From Gemmatimonadota bacterium (GTDB lineage: Bacteria; Latescibacterota; UBA2968; GCA-2709665), in the NCBI GenBank assembly GCA_028874335.1, contig JAPPJY010000003.1:1618-65617 (forward strand): 64,000 nucleotides of DNA, written 5' to 3'. The notes below the pieces were generated by a model. That model ran no database searches and was not told the DNA's origin. It worked only from the letters and a program-made list of their open reading frames with translations. Within the stretch, counting starts at the first letter, position 1. Each line of letters starts with the position of its first letter. Positions 1 to 10,697 of the stretch are shown one piece after another. The position numbers were made by a program, and so were the translations under genes.

Positions 1-596
1 AATTCGTCCCGGATCCGCTCGACACTGACCTCCGCGAGGTTTTCACTCGAACGCCGTATCGCGTCAAACGTGGCTGCATCGATCCGCCAGTGCAGACGGC
101 AGCCGAGCCGGACCGCTCTCATCATCCGCAGACGATCTTCCGCAAACCGGTCCCCGGCGGGGCCGATGGTCCGGATCGTCTTCTGCTTGAGATCCGTCTG
201 TCCGCCCACGTAATCCAGCAACCGTCCCGCCAGGGGGTCCCAGAACATCCCGTTCACCGTGAAGTCCCGCCGCCGGGCATCCTCGGTCTCGCCGGCGAAT
301 TCGACCGCGTCCGGACGCCGGCCGTCGCTGTAACCCAGGTCACGCCGAAAACGGGCGACTTCGAAGGCATGCCCCGCCAGGCGCACTTGCACCACGCCAA
401 AGTGCGCGCCGACGGGCCGGGCGTTCTGAAAAATGCCGGTCACCTGCTGAGGATCGGCATCGGTGGCGATGTCGTAGTCCCGCGGCTCCAGCCCCAGTTG
501 GAGATCACGCACGCATCCTCCGGCGAGCAACGCCCGGAATCCTCGCGCATCGAGCCGACGTACCACCTCAATCGCCGTATCGAGAGCAGAAGCCAT
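1..596 (-). CDS. CCA tRNA nucleotidyltransferase / poly(A) polymerase family (5' part, runs off the window)
   Basis: Manual translation from ATG at 596: MASALDTAIEVVRRLDARGFRALLAGGCVRDL...DYDIATD...FEVARFRRD...DARRRDFTVNG...EDRLRMMRAVR; GGxVRD, DxDxAT, RRDFTxN and EDxLR motifs. Not in the ORF track because it is truncated. Confidence 0.93.
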   Translation of the reverse strand, partial: MASALDTAIEVVRRLDARGFRALLAGGCVRDLQLGLEPRDYDIATDADPQQVTGIFQNARPVGAHFGVVQVRLAGHAFEVARFRRDLGYSDGRRPDAVEFAGETEDARRRDFTVNGMFWDPLAGRLLDYVGGQTDLKQKTIRTIGPAGDRFAEDRLRMMRAVRLGCRLHWRIDAATFDAIRRSSENLAEVSVERIRDE

Positions 597-601
597 TGCG
601 T

Positions 602-1894
602 TCAGCCCAGACGAACGGGTACCCGTTCGATCCGGGCGCCCAGCGTGCGAAGTCGTTCGTCGATGCGATCATAACCGCGATCGATCTGTTCGATGTTCCG
701 GATCTCGCTCCGGCCTTCCGCGCACAGGCTGGCGATCAACAACGCCATCCCCGCCCTGATGTCGGGGCTTGTAATCCGCTCCCCGTACAGCTTCGACGGA
801 CCCACGACAACGGCCCTGTGCGGGTCGCAGATGATGATTTCGGCCCCCATTTCGATCAATCGGTCCAGCCAGAAAAGCCGGCTCTCGTACATTTTCTCGA
901 AGAACAGGACGGTTCCCCGCGCCTGTGTGGCCACAACAATCGCAATGCTCATCAGGTCCGCGGGAAACCCCGGCCACGGATCGTCGAAGATCTTCGGAAT
1001 CGCGTCTCCGGCGTCCCGGACGATCTCCAGCTTCTGATCGTCCGGAACCAGAATGTCATCTCCGTCGACCGTCACCTCCACACCAAGCCGTTCAAAAACC
1101 ATCAGACTCCTTCGCATATGATGCGGCGCCGCGTTTCTGATCCGCATTTCGCCATGGGTAACCGCCGCGAGACCGATGAAGCTTCCCACCTCCATATAGT
1201 CAGGACCGATCGCATGTTCGCCGCCGTGAAGCGCATTTACGCCTTCCACGGTCAGCTCATTCGTGCCTGCACCCGAAATCCGCGCGCCCATGGCATTGAG
1301 CAGCCGGCACAACTCCTGCACGTGCGGTTCAGAGGCCGCATTGCGGATGATGGTTGTGCCTTCCGCCAGGGTGGATGCCATGATGACGTTCTCCGTTCCG
1401 GTTACGCTCCGCTCATCCAGGAAGATGTCCGCGCCGGTCAATCCGTCCGGCGCCCACATTTCATAGCCGTGGCCGGTCTCGATGCGCGCACCCAATGCCT
1501 CCAGAGCACGAAGGTGGGTGTCGAGGCGCCGGCGGCCGATTCTGTCACCGCCCGGGCTGGGCATCGTGGCGCGGCCATGGCGCGCCAGAAGCGGACCCGC
1601 GAGCAGGATGCTGCCGCGTACCCTCTTGCAGAAATCAGGATTCAGGGCGGTCTTGCTCAGGGACGCCGCGCAGGCGGTCAGTTCATCCCGTCCGGGATGC
1701 TGGACCGAAACACCCAGGTCGCGAAGGATCGCAATCTGGGTGAGCACGTCTCCTATCGGCGGGGCATTTTTCAACACCACCGTTTCGTCCGTCATGAGGG
1801 TGGCGGCGAGGAGCGTAAGCGCCGCGTTCTTGTTACCGAGCGGCTTGATGGTACCGGAGAGCGGATACCCGCCTTCGATCACGAACTGTTCCAT
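602..1894 (-). CDS. murA: UDP-N-acetylglucosamine 1-carboxyvinyltransferase
   Basis: [51 protein letters not shown] motifs. Confidence 0.97.
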   Translation of the reverse strand: MEQFVIEGGYPLSGTIKPLGNKNAALTLLAATLMTDETVVLKNAPPIGDVLTQIAILRDLGVSVQHPGRDELTACAASLSKTALNPDFCKRVRGSILLAGPLLARHGRATMPSPGGDRIGRRRLDTHLRALEALGARIETGHGYEMWAPDGLTGADIFLDERSVTGTENVIMASTLAEGTTIIRNAASEPHVQELCRLLNAMGARISGAGTNELTVEGVNALHGGEHAIGPDYMEVGSFIGLAAVTHGEMRIRNAAPHHMRRSLMVFERLGVEVTVDGDDILVPDDQKLEIVRDAGDAIPKIFDDPWPGFPADLMSIAIVVATQARGTVLFFEKMYESRLFWLDRLIEMGAEIIICDPHRAVVVGPSKLYGERITSPDIRAGMALLIASLCAEGRSEIRNIEQIDRGYDRIDERLRTLGARIERVPVRLG

Positions 1895-1961
1895 AGAGAC
1901 CCACGTCCCGATGCGCCTCGGTCTGGTGAAACCAGATGCTGCGTCTTTCGCGGTAAGTTAC

Positions 1962-1990
1962 AATATATCATATCTTTATATAACAATCAA
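1962..1990 (-). promoter_or_regulatory. sigma70-like promoter for murA-cca
   Basis: Minus strand TTGATT-N17-TATATT in an AT-rich patch upstream of murA. Confidence 0.6.
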
Positions 1991-2050
1991 GGGAATTTTC
2001 CGCCGCGTCGCCCCGGCCATGCGCAGCCGGAGATGCAGGCCGCCGGCCAT

Positions 2051-3133
2051 TCAGCCGCCGGAAGCGGTTTCGGCCGCATCGGGTCTGATATACAGCTGCC
2101 CGCATCCCGCCGCGATATCCACGCCCCGGCTGTAACGCACCGTCGTTGTCAACCGCGCATTCCTGAGGATGCGCACAAACCGGTCTACGGCTTCCCGGGG
2201 CGGCCGTACAAATGCCGTGTCCTCGACCGGATTCCAGGGAATGACGTTGACCTTGCACGGTATGTCGCGCACCAGCGCGGCCAGACGCCCGGCGTCCTCC
2301 ACCGAGTCGTTTACCCCGTGCAGCAGCACGTATTCGAACGTCACCCGCCTGTCGATGCGCTTCCGGTACGCCCTGACGGCCGCAAGAAGCTCGGCAATCG
2401 GCCACCGCCGGTTGATCGACATGATTCGCGATCTCAGCGCATCGTCAGCCGCATTGAGCGAAACCGCCAGGCCGACTTTCAACCCCTCTCGCGCCAGCCT
2501 CAAGATACCGGGCACATAGCCGACCGTCGACAGGGTAATCCTGCGTATCCCGATTGCCAGCCCGTAGTCCAGGTTCATCAGCCGGATTGCGCGAACGACG
2601 TTCGCGTAGTTCAACAGCGGCTCTCCCATGCCCATCAGAACCACATTGGTCAGATCGTCTCCCCGCGCTCTCAGTTCGCGCCGGACAAAGACCAGCTGGT
2701 CGAGGATTTCACCGGCGGACAGGTTTCGGATCAACCCCATCCGACCGGTAGCGCAGAACGTACAATCCAGCGGGCACCCCACCTGTGACGAAACGCACAG
2801 CGTCCGCCGCCTGCCATCGCGCATCAGAACGCTTTCGACGCGCCTGCCGTCCGGCAGTTCGAACAGATACTTCACGGTTTCGCCGTCATCCGCGCCGATT
2901 CGTGCCGCCACCTCAAGATTCAAGATCGACGCGCGTTGCGAGAGCTTCGCGCGGACCCCCCTGGCGAGGTCGGTCATCCCGGCGAAGTCGGTTGAACCGC
3001 GATTGTAGATCCACGCGGCGATCTGCCTGGCCCGATAGGGCTCCAACCCGAGGGAAGTTACGAATTCCTCGAGCTCTCCGGGATAGAATCCCTTCAGCTC
3101 CACGCGGTCGCCGGACTGCGATACGTCAGCCAT
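2051..3133 (-). CDS. rlmN: 23S rRNA (A2503-C2) methyltransferase, radical SAM
   Basis: CVSSQVGCPLDCTFC, MGMGEP, FEYVLL, GCGQL; start at ATG 3133 or 3157. Confidence 0.96.
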   Translation of the reverse strand: MADVSQSGDRVELKGFYPGELEEFVTSLGLEPYRARQIAAWIYNRGSTDFAGMTDLARGVRAKLSQRASILNLEVAARIGADDGETVKYLFELPDGRRVESVLMRDGRRRTLCVSSQVGCPLDCTFCATGRMGLIRNLSAGEILDQLVFVRRELRARGDDLTNVVLMGMGEPLLNYANVVRAIRLMNLDYGLAIGIRRITLSTVGYVPGILRLAREGLKVGLAVSLNAADDALRSRIMSINRRWPIAELLAAVRAYRKRIDRRVTFEYVLLHGVNDSVEDAGRLAALVRDIPCKVNVIPWNPVEDTAFVRPPREAVDRFVRILRNARLTTTVRYSRGVDIAAGCGQLYIRPDAAETASGG

Positions 3134-3207
3134 TTGCGCATCTCCACGTTTTGACAACAGGCATGAGTTTAGGGGTGCGGCGTTAAGGACGCAAGAGAAA
3201 ATACAGG

Positions 3208-3236
3208 TTGACAGAAATTACGTTTTGACCTATTTT
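3208..3236 (+). promoter_or_regulatory. sigma70-like promoter
   Basis: TTGACA-N17-TATTTT upstream of the M23 peptidase gene. Confidence 0.6.
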
Positions 3237-3390
3237 GAGAAGCCGTTCTTCCCTGAGATTATTCCGCATTGTTGCCGTCGGGCCATCTCAATTCCCCGGA
3301 CCCCTAGCGGCATTCCAGGTAATCATCGATATGCGTAATCGCGAATGTGATCGCACGGACCGGCCTGTACGATCCGGTCGCCGGTTCAGG

Positions 3391-4692
3391 ATGACGGAGT
3401 TTGCTTTCATTATCTTGCCGGCAGTTGTACTGGCCTGGCTCGGGACCATCTGGCTGCCCGGGCCTCAAACCGCGCAGAATTCCGAAGTCGCCGAGGAGGT
3501 TTCCGCGGTTCCGGATCCGCTTCCGGCCACACCCGAGCAGTGGTTCGCAGAAATCGACGGCCGCATCCGACACAGAGAGACGTTCTGGGACGCATTGAGT
3601 CGGGAAGAAGTTGCGCGGTCACAGATCCACGAATTACTGAATGCATTAAAGGAGGGGATCCCGCGGTCGGAATTCAATCCCCGAATCGTCCGGAGTGGTG
3701 ACCATTACGCATTGGGCATAGACAGCCTGGGAACCATTCAGTCCTTTGAATTTATCAGGAAAAATGCCCTCGAGACGCGGTTTGTGGTAACGCGGACGAA
3801 CGGCGGACTGGTCGCGCGTAAAGAGCAGATACCCCTGGACCGCAGGATTGAGGTTGTGACAGGTGAAATCCGCAGTTCTCTCTGGAACGCCCTTTCTGAA
3901 TCCGGCGAGAATCAGCACGTACTGAACGTCAAAATGGCCCGTATTTTTGAATACGACATTGATTTTATGGTCGATTGCCGCACGGGCGACCGGTTCACCC
4001 TCGCGCTGGAAAAATTCTACAAGGACGGCCGGTTCCTCCGATACGGAGATATCCTTTCCGCCGAATACCAGTCGGCCCGGAAGAAACGTCAAGCCTTTTT
4101 GTTCGAGTCCGCGGACGGCCATACAGCCTATTACGATTCGAACGGAAAATCCCTGCGCGGCCTGTTTCTCAAATCTCCTCTCAATTACCGTCGAATCAGT
4201 TCCGGCTATTCCAACCGACGCTTCCACCCCATCCTGAAGAAGTACCTCCCTCACCACGGCATCGACTATGCCGCGGCATACGGCACGCGCGTCTGGGCGA
4301 CCGCCCCTGGCGTCGTCGTCTTCAGGGGTTGGAGAGGCGCCCTGGGCAACTACGTCGAAATCCGGCATCGAAACGGCTACAAGACGGGTTACGGCCACCT
4401 GAGCAGGTTCCCGCGAGGGTTGAAGGTGGGCGCAAACGTCAAACAGAAGCAAACCGTCGGTTTCGTCGGATCGACCGGCCGCTCCACTGGGCCGCACCTC
4501 CATTACAACTTCTTCGTCAGAAACGGCAAGCGCTATCGCCTCGTCAACCCGGCCGGATTCGCCAATCGCTCCAGGGCCCCACAGCTCTCCCCGGAACAGA
4601 TGGCGGACTTCCGCCAGCAACGCGACCGGTTGCTGGCGCTGTTCGACGACCCGGCGACGTTGCTCGCGACCAACCTGCAGGCCCCACCCTGA
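3391..4692 (+). CDS. M23 family peptidoglycan DD-metalloendopeptidase (MepM-like)
   Basis: N-terminal TM, RFHPI..HHGIDYAA, YGHLS, STGRSTGPHLHY; start uncertain (ORF opens at 3235). Confidence 0.92.
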   Translation: MTEFAFIILPAVVLAWLGTIWLPGPQTAQNSEVAEEVSAVPDPLPATPEQWFAEIDGRIRHRETFWDALSREEVARSQIHELLNALKEGIPRSEFNPRIVRSGDHYALGIDSLGTIQSFEFIRKNALETRFVVTRTNGGLVARKEQIPLDRRIEVVTGEIRSSLWNALSESGENQHVLNVKMARIFEYDIDFMVDCRTGDRFTLALEKFYKDGRFLRYGDILSAEYQSARKKRQAFLFESADGHTAYYDSNGKSLRGLFLKSPLNYRRISSGYSNRRFHPILKKYLPHHGIDYAAAYGTRVWATAPGVVVFRGWRGALGNYVEIRHRNGYKTGYGHLSRFPRGLKVGANVKQKQTVGFVGSTGRSTGPHLHYNFFVRNGKRYRLVNPAGFANRSRAPQLSPEQMADFRQQRDRLLALFDDPATLLATNLQAPP

Positions 4693-4770
4693 GTAGCTGC
4701 CTTAAAACAGCCGTGACAACGACAGGACCCTGTTTCCTCATCGATTGCAGACGAGGATAGAGGATACATC

Positions 4771-5934
4771 GTGAGACTGGCGTACTTCGACTGCACTGCC
4801 GGAATAAGCGGCGACATGATCCTGGGCGCGCTGGTGGATGCCGGGCTGCGCATCGAGGTGTTGCAGACAGAACTCGACAAACTCCGCCTGGACGGAATCC
4901 GCCTCAGGGCCGGGAAGGTTCAGCGCCACGGCATTGCTGCGACTAAAGTCGACGTCGTCGCCGCAGAAGGACAGCGCCACCGACGATTGAAGGACGTGCT
5001 GGGCATCATCGACGCCGCAACCATTTCAGGCAGAGCCAAACGGCAGGCCGGCGCCATCTTCCGCCGCCTCGCCGAGGCCGAAGCCGAAGTACACGACATT
5101 TCAGTCGAACGCGTCCATTTTCACGAAGTCGGGGCGGCTGACGCCATCGCGGACATCGCCGGCGCCGTCATCGGACTGGAACAACTCGGCGTGGAACGCG
5201 TCTACGCCTCGCCGCTTCGATTCGGCAGGGGAACGACGCGAAGCGCCCACGGCGTACTTCCCGTTCCGGTCCCCGCGGTTGTCGCGCTCTGCAGGGACGT
5301 CCCCGGCGAACGCACCGACATCCCGTTCGAACTGGTCACCCCGACCGGCGCTGCGGTCCTGACCACGCTGGCGCAGCAGATCGGCGCCGGCACGCCACCG
5401 TTTCGCACGCGCCGGATCGGTTACGGAGCGGGCGCCCGGGATCTGGATCAGGTACCGAACATGCTCCGCCTGGAAATCGGTGACTCCGAGTCGTCCCCGC
5501 AGACGGACGCGCTCGACCTTATAGAAACCAATATCGACGACATGTCGCCTGAAATCTACGGCTACCTGATCGACCGCCTGCTCGGTGAAGGCGCCAGGGA
5601 CGCGTATCTCACGCCGGTCATCATGAAAAAGGGACGACCCGGTGTCGTCCTCAGCGTACTCGCCGATCCGGACCGTACGCAGTCCGCCGCGGACCTGATT
5701 CTCCGTGAAACCACGACGCTTGGCGTACGGATCCGCCGCGTTGAACGTCAGGCCGTTTCCCGGCGAACGGAAGTCGTTGAAACCGCCTTCGGGGCCGTGA
5801 CCGTCAAAGTTGCCAGCTACGGCGGAAGGACGCGTTCTGCGCCCGAATTCGAAGACTGCGCCAGAATTGCAAAGGAGCAGGGGGTCCCCATTCTCGACGT
5901 GTACCGCGCCGCGGCGAGTGCCGAGGCTGGCTGA
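4771..5934 (+). CDS. larC: nickel pincer cofactor biosynthesis protein LarC
   Basis: YFDCTAGISGDMILGAL, HFHEVGA, ELVTPTGAA, ETNIDD, MKKGRPG, ETTTLGVR, PEFED. Confidence 0.95.
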   Translation: MRLAYFDCTAGISGDMILGALVDAGLRIEVLQTELDKLRLDGIRLRAGKVQRHGIAATKVDVVAAEGQRHRRLKDVLGIIDAATISGRAKRQAGAIFRRLAEAEAEVHDISVERVHFHEVGAADAIADIAGAVIGLEQLGVERVYASPLRFGRGTTRSAHGVLPVPVPAVVALCRDVPGERTDIPFELVTPTGAAVLTTLAQQIGAGTPPFRTRRIGYGAGARDLDQVPNMLRLEIGDSESSPQTDALDLIETNIDDMSPEIYGYLIDRLLGEGARDAYLTPVIMKKGRPGVVLSVLADPDRTQSAADLILRETTTLGVRIRRVERQAVSRRTEVVETAFGAVTVKVASYGGRTRSAPEFEDCARIAKEQGVPILDVYRAAASAEAG

Positions 5935-5950
5935 TCCTCCAAATACGCAC

Positions 5951-8617
5951 CTATACAGACACGAAGGCCGAGCCGCGGATGCGGCAGCTTACCGGCCCCG
6001 GAATCGAGCGCAGCGGAAAGTAATGGTGGCGCATACCTCCGCTCTCAATTGAGAATCCCGGGTCCTGCGCTGTCGCCAGCGTGACTCCGCGCGCATCGTG
6101 GATGACGCGTTCAACCTCACATCCCATCGTCGAACCATCGCCGAATCTTACGATTGCCGTTGATCCCTCAACGCCCGTGGTGTCGACGATGCCCCCGATC
6201 GCCACCAGGCCGTCAAGCGGGTCTCCGTCGGCCTTCCTGAGTACACCCGCCACCTCAAGATCATAGCTACAACCGCACGCAACCACCGTGTCTTTCCATC
6301 TCAACTCGTCCCCGCCCCAGAGCCCCGCGAACACGAGGGCGCCGTCCCGTTCCCGAGCGAAACCGAACTCGCCCTTCATGCTGAGATTTCCCACCTCCAG
6401 CGGTTCATCGTTCCATACCGGACGATGTACGATGTGGTCCGTATACCCTTCATGTCTGACCTCGATTGCGATTGTCCGATCGTCCGCGTACACCTGCCGG
6501 ACCGACTCAATGAACGGGTGCGGGTCGAAGGGCTCGTGAACCGCGGCGAACACGCTTGAATGAGGCGCCCGTCCCTGGCGCCGGGCCAGAAAAACGGGCA
6601 TCCTGAACCGGTCCAGTTCGTCTTCGTTCTCGTCCGTTCGCCGTACCGATGGCGCGTCGCCCACGAACACGTCGGCTTCTGACAGTCCCGGGAGATGGCA
6701 CCGCAATCCGGATCGTGAACCCGCCAGACCGAGACTCAGACTCACACCGTGTTCAACCCACGCGCGCGATACATTCTGGACGAATCCATAGGCTATATTC
6801 AGTCCTTCGGCGTCCCCCCGGTCCCCTTCAAATTCGGGCAGCCGTACCGCGACACCGTCCAGCAGGTGGCGTCCGGCGGGTTCCAGCGGCACGTCAAGGC
6901 TGATCCATCCGTCACGGTCCGCGCTCCCGTGCAGCGTCCAGTCGTGACGCGCGCCTCCCCGCACACGGAATATATCCAGAGCATACGAATTCCCGTCGCC
7001 GGCATTGGCCAGCATGACCATTCGCCGGTATTCCCGCGCCAGGCCCGGGTAAGCGCGCTCCCCGCTTGCTTCCATCCACTGAACCGTTCCGTTCGTCGTC
7101 TCATACGCCAGGAGTCCGCCTCGAGAGGGCCCTCGGTTTCCTCTCGTGTATTGTTCCTGCCCGTCGACGACCACCGTATTATGCGCCAGCGTGCTTACGG
7201 TCCACGGTCTGTACCGGGTATGGGTATAACCCAGGTCGGAAAGCAGCTCCTCTCCAAACGCGTGCAGCATCACGTTCAGCATGTCCGCGTGATCGTGTCC
7301 GTGGCCGCCTTCCGAGAAATGAAGGTGCACCTGCGTCTGACGCGTCTTCTCACCCAACCCGAGCCATGCATGCCCCATACCGGCGTACAGGGCCGGGCGC
7401 ATGCGTTCCGTGGGCTTCAGATCCTCAAACCTCGCCCAGGAATCGTGCACGGGTATCAGCCTGCCGTCGGGGTACCTGAAGCGGTCGAGAATCGCCATGC
7501 ATCGTTCCGCATCGGGGAATTCGCGAACCGGATCCAGATCGTCGAAGCGTCTGCCGTCGTCCGGATCCAGATAGCCCGGCGGATCGGAATATCCGGCAAG
7601 GGCTTCCATGACGCGCAGCAGGCCCGACAGTGTATACCGATGGTACGACGGGCTGCCCTGGCACCAGAATCCTTCCGCCGAGAATCGCCGGAAGAGGCCG
7701 TGTGCGCACCGAACCGCGCGGTGAACCAGAGCGGGGTCTTCCATGACGCGGCCCGCAACCGCGTATCCTTCGTAGGTCTCCGGGCTGGCATTGGTGTACA
7801 GAATTCCATGGACGGCGTCCTGCCGGATTCCTCCCCGGATAAACCCGTCCTCGATGCGGCGGCGGACATCCTCGCCTCGTTCTTTCGAGAGCCGCCTCAG
7901 TTCGCCGCTTTCCCGAATTGAATCGTACGCGTAGATCAGCTGCGTGGGAATCTCGGCGTAGCGCCACTCTCCCCACTTTCCTCCGCGTCGTGGAAAGGGC
8001 GGGTTCATACACACCCGCTTTTCTGCATTCGCCACGTCCGTCCAAACCAGAAACCCCGGATAATATCGCGCAAATGCGTCCAGAATCAACGCCGCCCGGC
8101 GGGCATATCGTTGCCGGCCGGTGACCTGATACAGTTGACCGAGATCACGCGTGCGGTTTGCAAGATAGAACCGCGCGCACCACCATGCCCTGGCGCGGAA
8201 GAAAAATCGTCTTCCGGACCCATCCTCGTAGAACGGGTATTCGACTTCGATTCCAAGTGGATTCAACAGGCGCAGGGTCCTGTTCTCCACAAACCTGCGC
8301 CCGGGATAGACCGCTGCGCAATGGCGGCACCGCACGCGGAACGGGTCCTCGATCGTCCAGTCGAGTTGCCGTTCTCTGACGCCCGTACTGCAACCGGCGC
8401 ACGCCACGTACCGGAAACCCGTACGATCCGGAACCACGGCAACCAGTTCGTCCTCCGACAACGCCATCAGCGGCGCAACGGCCCGCTGCAGTCTTTCGAG
8501 GGATTCTGCCGATTGCGACCCGCTGAAGACGGGCGGCGGGACCCCGGCGGCCGCGCACCCGCGGGGCCGGAGCCAGCAAAAGATGAGAATGCCGACCAGC
8601 ACACCGAATCCATCCAT
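5951..8617 (-). CDS. secreted heparinase II/III-family polysaccharide lyase-like protein
   Basis: Hydrophobic N-terminus; QGSPSYH, GHGHDHADMLN, DLGY, STLAHNTVVVDG; start 8617 or 8629. Confidence 0.8.
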   Translation of the reverse strand: MDGFGVLVGILIFCWLRPRGCAAAGVPPPVFSGSQSAESLERLQRAVAPLMALSEDELVAVVPDRTGFRYVACAGCSTGVRERQLDWTIEDPFRVRCRHCAAVYPGRRFVENRTLRLLNPLGIEVEYPFYEDGSGRRFFFRARAWWCARFYLANRTRDLGQLYQVTGRQRYARRAALILDAFARYYPGFLVWTDVANAEKRVCMNPPFPRRGGKWGEWRYAEIPTQLIYAYDSIRESGELRRLSKERGEDVRRRIEDGFIRGGIRQDAVHGILYTNASPETYEGYAVAGRVMEDPALVHRAVRCAHGLFRRFSAEGFWCQGSPSYHRYTLSGLLRVMEALAGYSDPPGYLDPDDGRRFDDLDPVREFPDAERCMAILDRFRYPDGRLIPVHDSWARFEDLKPTERMRPALYAGMGHAWLGLGEKTRQTQVHLHFSEGGHGHDHADMLNVMLHAFGEELLSDLGYTHTRYRPWTVSTLAHNTVVVDGQEQYTRGNRGPSRGGLLAYETTNGTVQWMEASGERAYPGLAREYRRMVMLANAGDGNSYALDIFRVRGGARHDWTLHGSADRDGWISLDVPLEPAGRHLLDGVAVRLPEFEGDRGDAEGLNIAYGFVQNVSRAWVEHGVSLSLGLAGSRSGLRCHLPGLSEADVFVGDAPSVRRTDENEDELDRFRMPVFLARRQGRAPHSSVFAAVHEPFDPHPFIESVRQVYADDRTIAIEVRHEGYTDHIVHRPVWNDEPLEVGNLSMKGEFGFARERDGALVFAGLWGGDELRWKDTVVACGCSYDLEVAGVLRKADGDPLDGLVAIGGIVDTTGVEGSTAIVRFGDGSTMGCEVERVIHDARGVTLATAQDPGFSIESGGMRHHYFPLRSIPGPVSCRIRGSAFVSV

Positions 8618-8802
8618 TGCCCAATCCAATCGCTATGGTTATCTTGCAGTGACGAACGCGGAAAGAGACCGTTCGCCAGGGTCTGGATGCCGAAACCGGA
8701 ACGCTTCACCCGGGCACCGGTCTCCCCTGACAGAATCCGGAAGTGGACACCTACGGTACGGGTTTCCGCGGCCACGGCGACGGCCGAAAAAGGAGAACCA
8801 CC

Positions 8803-9675
8803 ATGCAAGCCGACGTACGAATCGACCCGAATGAAGAGATCGGTTTCATGAACCTGGACGAAACCGACTACGGCAGCCTTTCCACGGGAGAACGGATCCG
8901 GCGCCTGGAGGTGGAGGGGTACGTCGTTCTTCCGGACGTCCTCGACGCGGAACACATGGACCGGATCAGGCGCGAAATGGCCGATGCGCCGATGCAGACG
9001 AAGGATTACAGCGACGCGCAGACCTTTTGCTTGGAGCCGCAATGGCGCAGCCGGGCCCTGGCCGAACTGATCGCGCATCCACCCATGATCGCGTTCCTGG
9101 AAACGCTGCTCGGCGACGACATCGTGTTCACCCGGGGACTCTTCACAAGGACGCTCTCCGGGTCGCCGCCCATCTCGCTGCACACCGACGGGCAGCCGTT
9201 CGGATCTTCCATCTTCGGTTACGAGGGCAGCTGTCCGCGCCTGCTGCGTGTTCTGTACTACCTTGACGATCTGACGCCGGAGCGGGCGCCGTTCCGCCTG
9301 GTTCCGCGGTCTCACCTGTCGTTTCACGCGGAAGCCAACCCGTACGTGCGTTACAAGTACCACCCGGGCGAGGTCACACTTTGCGTGAAGGCGGGTACCG
9401 CGCTGGTTATCCCCATCAACCTGTTCCACGGCACCCATCCGAACAGGTCGCGTTCCCAACGCACGCTGGTTCAACTGGGGTACCGGCCGGCGTGGGCGGG
9501 TCCCATACAACCGATGCCGGAGTGGGACCCGGAACGTGTGTCCGCCGCGCCGGCGGCAACCAGGCGTTTTCTGCAGAGCCCGAACACAACCGGACTGGAC
9601 TGGAACCAGCCCCACAAACCCAGGGGGATGAAAACCGACGCAACCGCAATCGACCCAGGGCGATGGGAGGGCTGA
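8803..9675 (+). CDS. phytanoyl-CoA dioxygenase (PhyH) family Fe/2OG dioxygenase
   Basis: LHTD (HxD), VPRSH, FHG...N...R; AGGAG RBS before ATG 8803. Confidence 0.88.
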   Translation: MQADVRIDPNEEIGFMNLDETDYGSLSTGERIRRLEVEGYVVLPDVLDAEHMDRIRREMADAPMQTKDYSDAQTFCLEPQWRSRALAELIAHPPMIAFLETLLGDDIVFTRGLFTRTLSGSPPISLHTDGQPFGSSIFGYEGSCPRLLRVLYYLDDLTPERAPFRLVPRSHLSFHAEANPYVRYKYHPGEVTLCVKAGTALVIPINLFHGTHPNRSRSQRTLVQLGYRPAWAGPIQPMPEWDPERVSAAPAATRRFLQSPNTTGLDWNQPHKPRGMKTDATAIDPGRWEG

Positions 9676-9709
9676 ACCGGGCCGAAACCGGAACTGAAAC
9701 TCCAGAACC

Positions 9710-9750
9710 GAAAAAGCCCGAAGCCATTGGTTTGGCCGGGCTTTTTCCTT
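9710..9750. terminator. bidirectional intrinsic terminator
   Basis: AAAAAGCCCG...CGGGCTTTTT hairpin between convergent PhyH genes. Confidence 0.75.
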
Positions 9751-9774
9751 TTCGAGTCCTGGATGACCTGCAGG

Positions 9775-10590
9775 TTATCTCCTGTTTGGAAGGATCCAGA
9801 CGTCCCTGAAAAACCTCTGACGCGCTTCCGCCATTCCACCGATAACGACGGGATTCATGCAGGGTTTGGGTTCGTGGAACCGGACCGTCACGTAGTTGTA
9901 AGCGATCAGCACAGCACAGCGGGGATTGTCCGGGTTCGTCCAGGCCGACCCCGTATGTCGCACCCCCTCCGAGAATACGACAAGACTTCCCGGCGGACAC
10001 CCGTAGGTCTCCCAGAGTCCCGATTCAGGGTCGTCTGCCCTTTCCGGCCAGTTCCCGTCCTGGGCCGAAACCAGATTGGCTTTGTGCGACCCGGGCACCA
10101 GGCACGTGCCGCCCTCGCCTTTCCTGACTTCGTTCAGTTCCCATACGATGCGCGTCATCCCGCTGTAGATCCGCCCGTTATGAAAGCGGTAGGAAACGGA
10201 CGGATCGAGATTCGTGCCGCCCACGTGGGGACGCCACTGATTCGCGGTCGTCTCGGCCGATCGGGCCGAAACGAAGACGCTCTCCAGACGGATGCGGTCG
10301 CGCTCGGGATGAATCACCTCCTGCAGAATCCCCATGACTCTCGGATGATCGATGAGGAATTCCGCGGGACCCGCAATGGGCGCCCTCAGGTGTTCGGCCA
10401 GCCCATCGGGATCTCTCGTATAGACGTCGACGTGCTCGCGAACGCGCTGCACTTCATCCCCTGTGAGCACTCCCGGGATGACGAGAAAGCCCTTGAGGTC
10501 GAAGAGGAATTTTTCGTATTCCGTCATGGGTTCAATCGGAGCGGATTCGACGGTTTCGCTTACGTCCGTTCGTCCGTTCGTGGTTTTCAT
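9775..10590 (-). CDS. PhyH-family dioxygenase
   Basis: FDLKGFLVIPGVL, PHVGG, VPGSHKAN, EGVRHTG..W..R. Confidence 0.85.
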   Translation of the reverse strand: MKTTNGRTDVSETVESAPIEPMTEYEKFLFDLKGFLVIPGVLTGDEVQRVREHVDVYTRDPDGLAEHLRAPIAGPAEFLIDHPRVMGILQEVIHPERDRIRLESVFVSARSAETTANQWRPHVGGTNLDPSVSYRFHNGRIYSGMTRIVWELNEVRKGEGGTCLVPGSHKANLVSAQDGNWPERADDPESGLWETYGCPPGSLVVFSEGVRHTGSAWTNPDNPRCAVLIAYNYVTVRFHEPKPCMNPVVIGGMAEARQRFFRDVWILPNRR

Positions 10591-10697
10591 TGCAAGCGCT
10601 CCTCACAGGGTCGGTCGGGTTGCGGCCGGTTCATCATACAGGTCCGGCGCGAGCCGCATTCAGGAACCGAACGGAACCGGAATATCACCCGAAGGGA

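Noticed and set aside
596-2788. 730-aa plus-strand ORF
   Set aside because: Antisense shadow of murA and rlmN in high-GC DNA; no recognisable motifs
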